From: Pseudomonadota bacterium
GTDB lineage: Bacteria; Desulfobacterota; Desulfobacteria; Desulfobacterales; JBDRRP01
Direction: 5' to 3'
Length of the DNA: 64,000 bases
Assembly: GCA_043825735.1 (NCBI GenBank)
Contig: JBDRRP010000107.1
Coordinates: 62,001-126,000, forward strand
The notes beneath the pieces were generated by a model. That model saw only the letters and a program-made list of their open reading frames with translations, ran no database searches and was not told the origin of the DNA. A program made the translations under genes and the position numbers. Below are positions 40,448 through 50,037 of this stretch, piece by piece. Numbering within the stretch: position 1 is the stretch's first letter; every line of letters starts with the position of its first letter.

Positions 40448-41047
40448 ATGAAAGAAATCGATGCCAGGGGGCTGGCTTGTCCGGCGCCTGTTTTGATGGC
40501 CAAAGCCGCTGTGGAAAACGAAGGGGCGCCGGAGGTGACGGTACTGGTGGACAACGCGGCCTCACAGCAGAACGTTCAGCGGTTTCTGGAAAGCCGTGGT
40601 TTTGAAACGCTCCTGGCGCAGGAGGGTGACAATTTCCGGGTGACCGGCCGCGGCAACGGCAAGCCGCAGGCGGCGGCGCAGCCGGCAGCTGCCGCTCCGG
40701 CTCCCGGCGCGCGCCGGCTCATGGTCATGGCGGCCACCGACCGCATCGGCGCCGGCGATGACGTTCTTGGTAAAAAACTCATGGTCAACTTTATCCGGAC
40801 CTTGAACGAAATGGGCCCGGATCTCTGGCGGCTGGTGTTCGTCAACAGCGGCGTTTCGCTGACTATCGACGACTCCCCGGTGCTCGATGCCTTGAAGGCG
40901 CTGAAAGACGCCGGCGTGATCATTCTTGTGTGCGGCACCTGCCTGGATCACTTCAAGCTCCTGGAGCGGAAACAGGTGGGCGTGACCACCAACATGCTCG
41001 ACATCGTCACGGCCATGCAACTGGCCGACTCGGTGATCAACCTGTAA
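40448..41047 (+). CDS. yedF: selenium metabolism protein YedF (TusA-like + DsrE-like)
   Basis: IDARGLACPAPV (TusA CPxP), FVNSGV, VCGTCLDHF, VGVTTNMLDI; follows selD. Confidence 0.9.
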   Translation: MKEIDARGLACPAPVLMAKAAVENEGAPEVTVLVDNAASQQNVQRFLESRGFETLLAQEGDNFRVTGRGNGKPQAAAQPAAAAPAPGARRLMVMAATDRIGAGDDVLGKKLMVNFIRTLNEMGPDLWRLVFVNSGVSLTIDDSPVLDALKALKDAGVIILVCGTCLDHFKLLERKQVGVTTNMLDIVTAMQLADSVINL

Positions 41048-41153
41048 GCAGCTTCTCATGCTGCGAAGCGGCCTGCTTTTCCGGATAGGCACAATTCACC
41101 AGTTAAGGGTTTGTCTGTTTCGCAGGGGAGGGGAGGGGCTACACCAAGAAACC

Positions 41154-41666
41154 GTGATACGATCGATCCATAGAACGCCCAAATTCGACAAATGCCTGGC
41201 CGGGCTGGAATTTGCCGGAAAGAAAGCGGCCGTTGCCGCCGGAAAGGCCCGTGATATCATCGACGGCATCGCCCGCTATGGCAGCATACCGCCGAAATAT
41301 GTCGCCGAGACCACAAAGCACGGCGAGAGGCGCATCAGAAACTGCGTGAAGTACGATCTGGGCGGCGGCTACCGGATGGTGACCGTCAAACGGGAAGCGG
41401 GCCTTCACCTGGTGTTTATCGGGACCCATGACGAGGTCCAGCGGTGGATCCAGAACAAGAAGAACCGTCGCATCGAAGTACCGGATGAAAACCTGCCGGC
41501 CATCGAAGCAAGCGCCGTCGATATCCCGATCCAAGCAGCTTTCTCTCCTCCGCAGGATCATGCCCATAGCGACTTCGAAGACCTTTCCGTGGTGCCCGAC
41601 GACCGGCTGTTGAGGCGGATATTTTGCGGCATAGCCGGGTGCGCCGCCGATCGCGGCGACCGGTAG
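41154..41666 (+). CDS. hypothetical protein, RelE/ParE-like fold suspected
   Basis: HRTPKFDKCL...KYDLGGGYRMVTV...VFIGTHDEV pattern resembles RelE-fold domains; start uncertain (41058 or 41154). Confidence 0.55.
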   Translation: MIRSIHRTPKFDKCLAGLEFAGKKAAVAAGKARDIIDGIARYGSIPPKYVAETTKHGERRIRNCVKYDLGGGYRMVTVKREAGLHLVFIGTHDEVQRWIQNKKNRRIEVPDENLPAIEASAVDIPIQAAFSPPQDHAHSDFEDLSVVPDDRLLRRIFCGIAGCAADRGDR

Positions 41667-42013
41667 TGGGAGAAGGGCGAAAGCACGCTCTCCGGTTAAA
41701 GGGCATGGATTTTACCTAAAGAAGTCCACCGGAGACCGCCGCTCACTGCGTCGCCGCCACGGTTCGATTTTTACAAAGAATGCACCAAGGTGAGGCGCAT
41801 TGGAATGGATTATAGACACTCCCTGACGTTTGTGCGTCATCTGAACAGACCAATGATAGGCGGTTGTCCACAGGGTGCCTGGGCAAATCTGAATGGATCA
41901 CTTTCGAGGAATGAGTATCGGAAATGACCGTAATGAAAAATAAAGGATTGGATCGGTAAGCTCGATCTTTCCGGGGACAGTGAAAGTTGCGCATAGGATA
42001 ATCATTGTTGAAT

Positions 42014-42120
42014 CTATTCCTCATTGTAAACATCCATACGAAGTCCCCTGATGGGCATTGGCAATTCGGGGCTTACATCACAGGGCAGTCCCCCAGCTTC
42101 GAGAAACAGCACCTCGTTCT
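42014..42120 (-). pseudogene. GAF-domain gene remnant paralogous to the adjacent kinase
   Basis: Translates NEVLFLEAGGLPCDVSPELPMPIRGLR vs NEVLFLDAGGMPCDVDPNLPMPIRGFR in 42306-45593. Confidence 0.8.
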
Positions 42121-42305
42121 TGTATGGCTTCGCATAAGCGAGTACCCAATTCGTCCCTGATTATTGATTTTGCTGCCAGTTTCTGTATCTCTTGAACCAT
42201 CGTTTCTTTTAAAGCATCGTTGAACATGTTTATCTCATATCTTCATTACAGAAATCCGATAACGCAAATGTCTTCACGAAAAATCATATACTTAAACGCT
42301 CAACA

Positions 42306-45300
42306 TCAGGATTTCTTTTGAGTTCCGACTTTGGCTTCATCAAGCACTTTCCTGATCGTTTTGGCCATTTCCGCTTTAACGATCGGTTTCATTAGAAAGC
42401 CTTTGACGCCGATACTTGCAGCCTTCACCGGATCAAGTCTTTCGCTGAATCCAGTGCAAATGATTATCGGGATATTGGGCCTGATGTCAATCAACTGGTG
42501 GGCCAATTGTTCGCCTGTCATGTTAGGCATAGACATGTCGGAAATGACCAGGTCAAATCCGTCGGGGTTTGCTTTGAACGCTTCAAGGGCCTCCAAGCTG
42601 TTTACACGCATGGTCACCTTGTACCCGAGTCGTTCAAGCATTTGTTTTTCCAACTTGGATATCGCCTCTTCATCGTCTATCAGAAGAATTCGTTCATGTC
42701 CTAACGAGACGTCTTCTTCCCTCCCGACTGATTCAGATGCCTCATCTTTCGCCATCATGGGCAGGTAGACGCTGAAAGTCGATCCTTTTCCGAATTCGCT
42801 GCGGACCTTTATATCACCGTGATGCTCTTTTACGATTCCATAGACGACAGCCAACCCCAGACCAGTGCCCTTTCCTTGCTCCTTAGTGGTGAAATAGGGC
42901 TCGAAGATTTTTTCCAGAATTGGAGGGGCGATGCCGACACCCGTGTCGGAAACGGACAGTACCGCATATCTGCAGGGTTCCAAGGCGCCGGGGGGAAGTT
43001 CATCAACCCCCAAGATCACCTCCTTCAAATGGATGGATATCTCACCGCTCGACGTTTCTACAGCGTGATAGGCGTTGGTGATTAGGTTCATCGCAATCTG
43101 ATGGATCTGGGTGGGGTCTGCCAAAACCATGCTGCAATCGTGTTGAATATCCTGTGTGATGTTTATGTTTGCAGGAATCGTCGAACGGCTCAACTTGATA
43201 ACCTCCTTCAATACATGCTGAATACGAACGGGTATCATTTTCTGGTCGGATTGGCGGCTGAAAGCAAGAATCTGTTTCACCAGATCACTCCCCCTTCTGC
43301 CAGCCTTGAAAATCTCTTTGGTATTTTCGTATTCCACACTTCCGGGTGCAAAATCCTCCATCAGCATTTCGGACAGACCGACGATGGGAAAAAGTATATT
43401 ATTGAAATCATGGGCTATGCCGCCTGCCAGGTTGCCGATGGATTCCATTTTCTGGGCTTGCAGCAGTCTTTTCTCCATGTTTTTCATTTCAGTAATATCA
43501 GTGGCGACTTGGAGTCGAACCATTCTGCCGTCCATCCAATCAATGGCCCTGTCATGGTTGATGTACCAGCGACCGGTGACGGGATTCTTATCCTGCCATA
43601 CCGCAGCACCGACCGCATTGCCGTTTGCATCGAGAAGTCGATCGTTCGTGCAGTGAGGGCAGGGAGTTTTCTCGTTTCTGAAAGCCGCATAACATGCCTC
43701 CCCGGTCAGGTCTCGACCGTACGCATTTTTCATAGTCTTGTTCATGAACAGAATTTCGTGTGTTTCCATATCTGCGACATACACCGTGGCATCAATGCCG
43801 TCCAAAACCGTGAGAAATCTTTTATGGGCATCTTTTAGCTCTTTCTCTGATCGTTTTCGTTCGGTTATGTCAAGCGAAACGGACAAAACTGCGGGGACTT
43901 TCGAAGGACCGAAATCAATTGGTTTGAGCGTGTTGGAAAACCATGTGTCGCCTTTTTGTAAATGAACCAAAACTTCCTGGGAAGATGGTTCATTTGACGA
44001 ATAAACTTCTTGGTATTTCCCAATAAGCTGCTCAGCTTGATTTTCGGGTAAGAATTGCCGGATGTTTTTTCCGGTTATATCATCCAATTTCCCGTCGGAC
44101 AAATTGCGGGCAGCGTTTCGATTGGCATAAAGAAAAACACCGTTCAGATCGATTACGGAAAGCGTTTCAAACATCGTCTCGGTAAGTTGCCGATATTTGA
44201 GATCGCTTTCTTTCAACTCATTTTCATGCCGCTGGCGCTCGCTGACGTCGATACCAAGGCAGGTTACATCCAATATCTCCCCCCGTGCATCCTTTGTCAG
44301 CACATTAGACCATGCGATGGTTCTCAATTCGCCATTTCTTGTCAGAATCTCGTTTTCATAGCCAGTAAATTCAGACGCGTCCTTTTTCCTGAGTACAGTT
44401 CTGAACACACCCCGGATTTCTTCTCTGATCGGTTCCGGAATGAACATGTCAAACCAGTTTTGGCCGATCACCTCGTTAACCGACCAACCCGTGAGGGATA
44501 AGAAATGTTCGTTCGCAAAGACAATTTCGCCCTTTGGATTCAGCGAAATTCCGACTTGCGGGGTCTTGGTGAGTATATTACGCCATTTGCGCTCCGAATC
44601 GGTCAGCGCTTCCACGGTCTGTTTGAATTCGGTAATGTCTAACCCGATACCATCCCAGATGATGCTTCCGTCATCTAACTTTCTGGGGATGGATGATGCA
44701 GAAATCCAGACAGTTTCGCCATTTTTCTTATGGACACGATGTTCAACATTGTATGGCGTCAATGCTGCGGCGGAGTTCATTATCGCCTCATGGACGATAC
44801 CGGCGTCCGGTTGCGGTATTAGGTCGAACACAATGTTTGCGTCAGCCATAACATCGGTTGCACTGACACCAAACAGCCCGATACAGTTCTCTCCTATGTA
44901 TTCGAATCGAAAATTTCCGTTTGGGGCGAGAAGGAATTGATAAGCTGTTCCGGGAAGATTCGAGACAAGATGCCGGTATTTTGTTTCACTATCCCTTAAT
45001 GAATCTTGCGACTTAGCATAGGTAAGCGCTACAGCAGCCAAATCACCCAGGATTTTCGATAAATAAACGTCCTTCTCATTGAACCCCCCGGGTTTGTTGG
45101 CAATTCCAATGATCCCTACCGTTTTTTCCTCAATGCTCAGGGGAGCGAAAAGGACGTTATCAAGTCTCACATGCCCTTCCGGCATATATTTCATCCACGG
45201 GCTCTCTGAAAAAGCGTTGTCGTAGACCACATCATTTGTTTTATAGGCGATTTCTCTAAAGCCCCTTATCGGCATGGGAAGATTCGGATCGACGTCACAC

Positions 45301-45593
45301 GGCATTCCACCCGCATCTAAAAAAAGCACCTCGTTCTCTTCACCATTTTCAGAAAGAAGGGAGACATATCCTGAACGCGCACCTGTAAGCTGCTTGCATA
45401 GCGCGAATATTTCCTCGGCGGCATCGTCGAATGTTTCACATAGCGGAATATACCGGAATGCCTCCATAAGAGCAGAGAGCATCTCCGGCGAATATTTTAA
45501 TCCTGATTTCCCTGTCTCATATTGCTCGACTTGTCGTTCAAGTTCCGCAATCCGTTTCTCTAACTCTTCATAGGTGGGCTTTGAACTCATCAT
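42306..45593 (-). CDS. cytoplasmic hybrid sensor kinase (GAF, multiple PAS, HisKA, HATPase, REC)
   Basis: GGIAHDFNN, DTGVGI, GTGLGLAVV, REC DLVISDMSMP...KP; several PAS-PAC ends (DITE/DVSE). Confidence 0.93.
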   Translation of the reverse strand: MMSSKPTYEELEKRIAELERQVEQYETGKSGLKYSPEMLSALMEAFRYIPLCETFDDAAEEIFALCKQLTGARSGYVSLLSENGEENEVLFLDAGGMPCDVDPNLPMPIRGFREIAYKTNDVVYDNAFSESPWMKYMPEGHVRLDNVLFAPLSIEEKTVGIIGIANKPGGFNEKDVYLSKILGDLAAVALTYAKSQDSLRDSETKYRHLVSNLPGTAYQFLLAPNGNFRFEYIGENCIGLFGVSATDVMADANIVFDLIPQPDAGIVHEAIMNSAAALTPYNVEHRVHKKNGETVWISASSIPRKLDDGSIIWDGIGLDITEFKQTVEALTDSERKWRNILTKTPQVGISLNPKGEIVFANEHFLSLTGWSVNEVIGQNWFDMFIPEPIREEIRGVFRTVLRKKDASEFTGYENEILTRNGELRTIAWSNVLTKDARGEILDVTCLGIDVSERQRHENELKESDLKYRQLTETMFETLSVIDLNGVFLYANRNAARNLSDGKLDDITGKNIRQFLPENQAEQLIGKYQEVYSSNEPSSQEVLVHLQKGDTWFSNTLKPIDFGPSKVPAVLSVSLDITERKRSEKELKDAHKRFLTVLDGIDATVYVADMETHEILFMNKTMKNAYGRDLTGEACYAAFRNEKTPCPHCTNDRLLDANGNAVGAAVWQDKNPVTGRWYINHDRAIDWMDGRMVRLQVATDITEMKNMEKRLLQAQKMESIGNLAGGIAHDFNNILFPIVGLSEMLMEDFAPGSVEYENTKEIFKAGRRGSDLVKQILAFSRQSDQKMIPVRIQHVLKEVIKLSRSTIPANINITQDIQHDCSMVLADPTQIHQIAMNLITNAYHAVETSSGEISIHLKEVILGVDELPPGALEPCRYAVLSVSDTGVGIAPPILEKIFEPYFTTKEQGKGTGLGLAVVYGIVKEHHGDIKVRSEFGKGSTFSVYLPMMAKDEASESVGREEDVSLGHERILLIDDEEAISKLEKQMLERLGYKVTMRVNSLEALEAFKANPDGFDLVISDMSMPNMTGEQLAHQLIDIRPNIPIIICTGFSERLDPVKAASIGVKGFLMKPIVKAEMAKTIRKVLDEAKVGTQKKS

Positions 45594-46023
45594 TTCTTCC
45601 CAATTTGGCTACCAAGAAAGTTGCGCATACTTGCATTATCCTTGATTGCTGCAAGGCTCAAGGATTCCGATGGGATGGTATTCAGAACCATAACAGGGCT
45701 TGGCCAGCGGTGGTCAGAGGCCGATTTTATGGCGTATTTCATGATATGTGATGATGGTTGCTGAGTGCAATCAGAAAATGAAGTACGGAAGTAGGATTTG
45801 AAGAATGGTGCCAACAAACCTCGGTTCAGTTGGCTTTACAGGGTGGCCGTATAGTTTGCCGCCCCGATAATATTACGGAATCATGAGGATTTTGAACCTT
45901 GAAACAAGTATTCTGCTGTTAAAACCTTTTCAAGCCGTAAACACTGAATCGAAGACTGGAAGTGAGGCACAAGCGGAAAGCGGAAAACGCTGGCAGGCGG
46001 TTTCGGCGCTTTGTTCGCAGATG

Positions 46024-46356
46024 TTACTTTCCCTGGATCAATCTTTTCAAGAGGATATCTTCAACATTGCGCCGGGAATCTATGAGCGAGAGAACATAGA
46101 TCTTATGTTCTGTAATTCTGTATATTAGTCGCCATGGAGGGATGACCAATTCCCGGTACTGCGATATGCCCTGGTCTTGTAGCTCGGGGACTACACGGCC
46201 TCTCTCAGGAAGGGTATAAAGGCTTGCGGTTTCATTTTTTATTTTTCTAAGTATTTTTAATGCGTTGTCTGGACTTTCCAACGAAATGAATGCAATGATT
46301 TCCTTTAGATCATTTTCGGCCACTTTCGCCCAGGCAACCTGATATTTTAAAATCAT
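46024..46356 (-). CDS. type II toxin, RelE/ParE family
   Basis: AENDLKEI, PERGRVVPE, YRELVIPPWRLIYRI. Confidence 0.9.
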   Translation of the reverse strand: MILKYQVAWAKVAENDLKEIIAFISLESPDNALKILRKIKNETASLYTLPERGRVVPELQDQGISQYRELVIPPWRLIYRITEHKIYVLSLIDSRRNVEDILLKRLIQGK

Positions 46357-46634
46357 TAAAGGTTTTCTTTCAGCGAAACCTCAAGTTCAGAGAATACATC
46401 CTTTTGGAGCTTAACCTCGCCATTGCGAACATCATCTTCCCCCTGAGATATCAGTTTTAGCAAACCAATTGCATTGCGCATATTTTCATAGCTTTCAGGA
46501 TCTTGAAGAACGGCTCGGGGCTCACCGTTTTGGGTAATAATAACTGGGCGATGGGTTTCATTGATCTGGTTCAACAAAATGGCAGCTTTTGATTTTAGAT
46601 AAGTAACTGGTATTATGTCTTTTTTAATATTCAT
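46356..46634 (-). CDS. type II antitoxin, Phd/YefM family
   Basis: IIPVTYLK, PVIITQNGEPRAVL; overlaps the toxin start. Confidence 0.9.
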   Translation of the reverse strand: MNIKKDIIPVTYLKSKAAILLNQINETHRPVIITQNGEPRAVLQDPESYENMRNAIGLLKLISQGEDDVRNGEVKLQKDVFSELEVSLKENL

Positions 46635-47018
46635 TTGTCACCTCCGGTCCGCATATGGTACCAAATTCGGATCGATTGTCAATGCTGATTTTTTACGGCG
46701 ACTCATGAATGTGGCTGCATGAGCCACCCATTTTACTATCTCATCCACCAAATATCCTCACCACCGTTGGCTGAACTTCAGCACCGAGGACTATCGCCAC
46801 TATAGCGCGCCCAAAAAAGTTCAGGCACAACCGGACAATGTGAGTGGCATTTCTCGCCGGGAACTACCCTGTGAGTCAACTGCGATTTAGGATCTCAGGG
46901 TCTTCTCCCATTGAGTTGGGGAAAAGGGTTCGAGGGTTGCGCCGATACGGCTTAACAGCGGCAAGGGGCCAGGGGTTCAAGTGACGGCATTGGGCGGTAT
47001 TAATTACTCTTGCGGCCT

Positions 47019-47453
47019 TTACAAAAAGCGGACATCCAACCCTGCCGATGCGGCCAACCCGGACTGACGCTCATCCAGGGTGATGAACCGGCGGGCTTCT
47101 GTGGACAAGGCCACGGCTACATGAAGAATATCCAAGGAACGTGACCCGAACGCCTTGGAATGCCGAACGGACAATTCGATGGCACGGTTGAAAACGTCGG
47201 TCCATTCCACCTGTGGCCGGAAATAGATACCGGTTGTCTTGTGCTTTTCCATAAGTTCACGGACACGTGCGGCATCATCTTCGCTGATTTCATCTCTGAA
47301 ACGTTTCAGGGCGATAGCATTCAAAAACTCAAGTTCATGGAACAGTGTCAGCGGGATGGCTTCGTTGGTAGCTCTCAACCAGGCGGCGGCTTCCCGTGAA
47401 AATGTCTCTCTGAAATAGAGTTTCACGATCACGCTGGTATCGAGATAGATCAT
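47019..47453 (-). CDS. type II toxin, VapC/PIN domain
   Basis: IYLDTSVIVK, RSLDILHVA, FITLDERQ. Confidence 0.92.
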   Translation of the reverse strand: MIYLDTSVIVKLYFRETFSREAAAWLRATNEAIPLTLFHELEFLNAIALKRFRDEISEDDAARVRELMEKHKTTGIYFRPQVEWTDVFNRAIELSVRHSKAFGSRSLDILHVAVALSTEARRFITLDERQSGLAASAGLDVRFL

Positions 47454-47684
47454 TTAGAACCGATCTGCCCTGCCTTCACGGACCAGGTCGCTGACAGGAG
47501 TACCGTTTACCGCTATGGCCTCTGCATAAAAGTCAGGCCAATCGATGTCGGACTTCGGACCCAGTGCCGTCAGCTTGGCCACCGGTTTCCCGTGGCGTGT
47601 GATGGTGATTTCATCCCCGGCATGGATCGATTTCAAAATAAGGCTGAAATTTTTTTGAACATCCCCGACTGTCGCCGTTTTCAT
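47454..47684 (-). CDS. type II antitoxin, Phd family
   Basis: KTATVGDVQKNFS, ITITRHGKPVAKL. Confidence 0.9.
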   Translation of the reverse strand: MKTATVGDVQKNFSLILKSIHAGDEITITRHGKPVAKLTALGPKSDIDWPDFYAEAIAVNGTPVSDLVREGRADRF

Positions 47685-47741
47685 TTTTTCCTCCGTTGTT
47701 TACGTAAAAATTATGCGTAAATGGCGAGCCTGTCAAGGGTG

Positions 47742-48275
47742 TCAGTCGGTATGCATGAGAATGCCGCGCTCCCGGGCGATGGCGGCGATCTCGGCAATGG
47801 GCTGGATCGTTCCCACCTCGTTGTTGGCGTGCATGACGCTGACGAGCACGGTTTCGGGGCGGATGGCGCGGCGAACCGCTTCGGGGTCCACCCTGCCGGC
47901 GCCGTCGACCGGGACCACCGTGGTGGCGACCCCGCGGGTCTCCAGATAGCGGCAGACCTCGAGGATCGCCGGGTGCTCCACGGCGGAGGTGATGATGTGG
48001 GCGCCGCGAGCCGCCGCCGGTTCGGCCACGCCGCAAAGGGCGTGGTTGTTGGATTCCGTACCGCCGCTGGTGAAGATCACCTGCGCCGGCGTTGCGCCGA
48101 ACATGGCTGCCACCTGCCGGCGGGCCGCGTCGACCGCCTTTTTGGGGGCGATGCCGTACCAGTGGCTGCTGGACGGATTGCCGAACTCTGTTTCCAAAAA
48201 CGGGCGCATGGCCGCAACGACCTGCGGATCGAGCGGTGTCGTGCCGTTATAGTCCAGATAAATGGGTGTCACCAT
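47742..48275 (-). pseudogene. truncated cysteine desulfurase (IscS/NifS family), N-terminal part only
   Basis: IYLDYNGTTP, FGNPSS, FTSGGTESNN, SAVEHPA, HANNEVGTIQ; stops at HTD before the PLP-binding Lys and the catalytic Cys. Confidence 0.85.
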
Positions 48276-48671
48276 AACGCCTCCTCGTGTTTCAATGGTT
48301 CATCAGGGATATTATATGCCGCTGCCGAAAGTGTTAACCGTGAAGCGCCGTGTGTCGGGCCGGCGGCGGGTTGTCTGACGGCAAGGTTGTTACCGGAAAC
48401 GCATCGATGCCGGAGCGGCATCCGGTGCATCGGTCCAGGCGGATGTAGCGGGCCATTTTCCGGAATGGGTATGGCATCGGGACAGGCGATCTTTCAGGCT
48501 GCCGGCACCTGACGACCCGGGCAGGTGCTATTAAAGCTGGCTCAGGTAGAGCCGAAAGATCGTTTTATGGGGATCGGCTTTCGCCAATGCTACTGCGGAC
48601 AGGTAAACCCCGCACTATATGCCGAAGTGCCGCCGCGGATGATCCGCGGCGGCCCAGGCAATTTGTATGTT

Positions 48672-49394
48672 CTAGTCAAAGGCCATGCCCGTCTTCCACA
48701 CTTCCCACACCTTGCCCACCAGATCCGGACCCGGTTTGAGGGTCTGCTTCCCAGGCTTCCAGCCGGAAGGCGTGGCCTCTTTGCCGCCGCTGGCCCTCAC
48801 CAGTTGAAATGCCTGCACCTGGCGAAAGGTCTCCATCACGTTTCGTCCCACCGGCGGGGTCAACACTTCATAGCCCTGCACGTTGCCGTCCGGGTCGATG
48901 ATGAAACGGCCTCGGGCTTCCACGCCGGCAGCCTCGTCGAAAACGCCGTACACGCGTCCCACCTTACCACCGGTATCCGAAAGCATCGGGAAGGGGACGC
49001 CGCCGTCCACCATTTTGGAGAGTTCATGATCATTCCACATCTTGTGGACGAAAACACTGTCGATGCTCATGGAAAGCACATTGACACCGAGGCCCTGAAA
49101 CGCCTTGTATTTTTCGGCAACTGCCGAAATCTCCGTGGCTCAGACGAAGGTGAAATCCCCCGGGTAGAAACAAAGCAGCACCCATTGGCCGATATATTCC
49201 GAAAGAGACAAGGAAACAAATTTGCCATTATGATACCCCGGTGCCGAAAAATCCGGTGCTTTCTGGCCGACCATGATCATGGCGCCGCCCTCCTTTTTGG
49301 GTTGAAGTTGAGGTGTGTCTGTTGCGTCTTTCGCCGGTGCTCCCACGGGCCCCCCGGTGGGTCTGGCGCATCCAACTGTCATCTCTTTCGCCAT
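48672..49394 (-). CDS. prxU: selenocysteine-containing peroxiredoxin
   Basis: FYPGDFTFV-TGA(49142-49140)-ATE at the peroxidatic position; frame continues to VGRN...WKPG; N-terminal VGCARPTGG extension. Confidence 0.93.
49112..49129 (-). promoter_or_regulatory. SECIS hairpin of prxU
   Basis: TTTCGGC-AGTT-GCCGAAA perfect 7-bp stem starting 10 nt after the UGA, G in loop. Confidence 0.8.
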
Positions 49395-49476
49395 ACACGC
49401 CTCCTTTCCTTCATGAAATGGTATCTTATAAAACAATCCAACGCCCTGCAATCATTGCATAAGCCAAAAAAAAAGA

Positions 49477-49923
49477 TCAGTCGTAAGTGGCGCGGGTCGC
49501 TGCATCGCTCATGGTCGGCGTGACAAACGGTTCCCATGCCGGGTTTTCCCAAGTGCCGAGTCGCGTATGCATATCGAGATACTTTTTCGGGATGGGATGC
49601 GTGCCGACAACGACCCTGATGCCATAGCGTTTTTCAAGAAAGGACTTGAATGTATCGATATGGGGGCACGGCGGGTAGCCGACCAGCAGCCCGGTAGCCA
49701 GATGAATCACCGCTGCGCCGTTTTTGACCATCTCATCGCCAGCGTATTCTATGTTCCCTCCGGGACAGCCGTCGCAGGTCGTAAAACCGACCAGCTCAAC
49801 GTCGGTGTCCTTATAAATACTGAAAGCACCTTCCCTGTTTCTCATTGCCCGAAAACACTTCCCGCCCGCGCAGCGCCGGTAGCGGTCACAGATCACAATT
49901 CCGATTTTTGTCTTTGAACTCAT
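49477..49923 (-). CDS. CGGC-domain metal-binding protein
   Basis: ICDRYRRCAGGKC, TCDGCPG, IHLAT, PCPH, GTH. Confidence 0.85.
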   Translation of the reverse strand: MSSKTKIGIVICDRYRRCAGGKCFRAMRNREGAFSIYKDTDVELVGFTTCDGCPGGNIEYAGDEMVKNGAAVIHLATGLLVGYPPCPHIDTFKSFLEKRYGIRVVVGTHPIPKKYLDMHTRLGTWENPAWEPFVTPTMSDAATRATYD

Positions 49924-50037
49924 AGCGATTCCTTCCAAGTCTTAAGCAGGACGTGCGGCAATTTATGAGCATATGCCGATAACTAAGCCTATCTTGATTT
50001 GCCGTCAAGGAAAAAACAGTATTTGCGGATCGAAGCG

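Noticed and set aside
45810..45836. GCCAAC...GTTGGC as an integron attC site near the TA genes
   Set aside because: Too short for attC, and no integrase or repeated cassette structure is visible.
47742..47744. TGA ending the cysteine desulfurase read as Sec
   Set aside because: Another in-frame TGA follows after two codons and similarity does not continue; it is a truncation.
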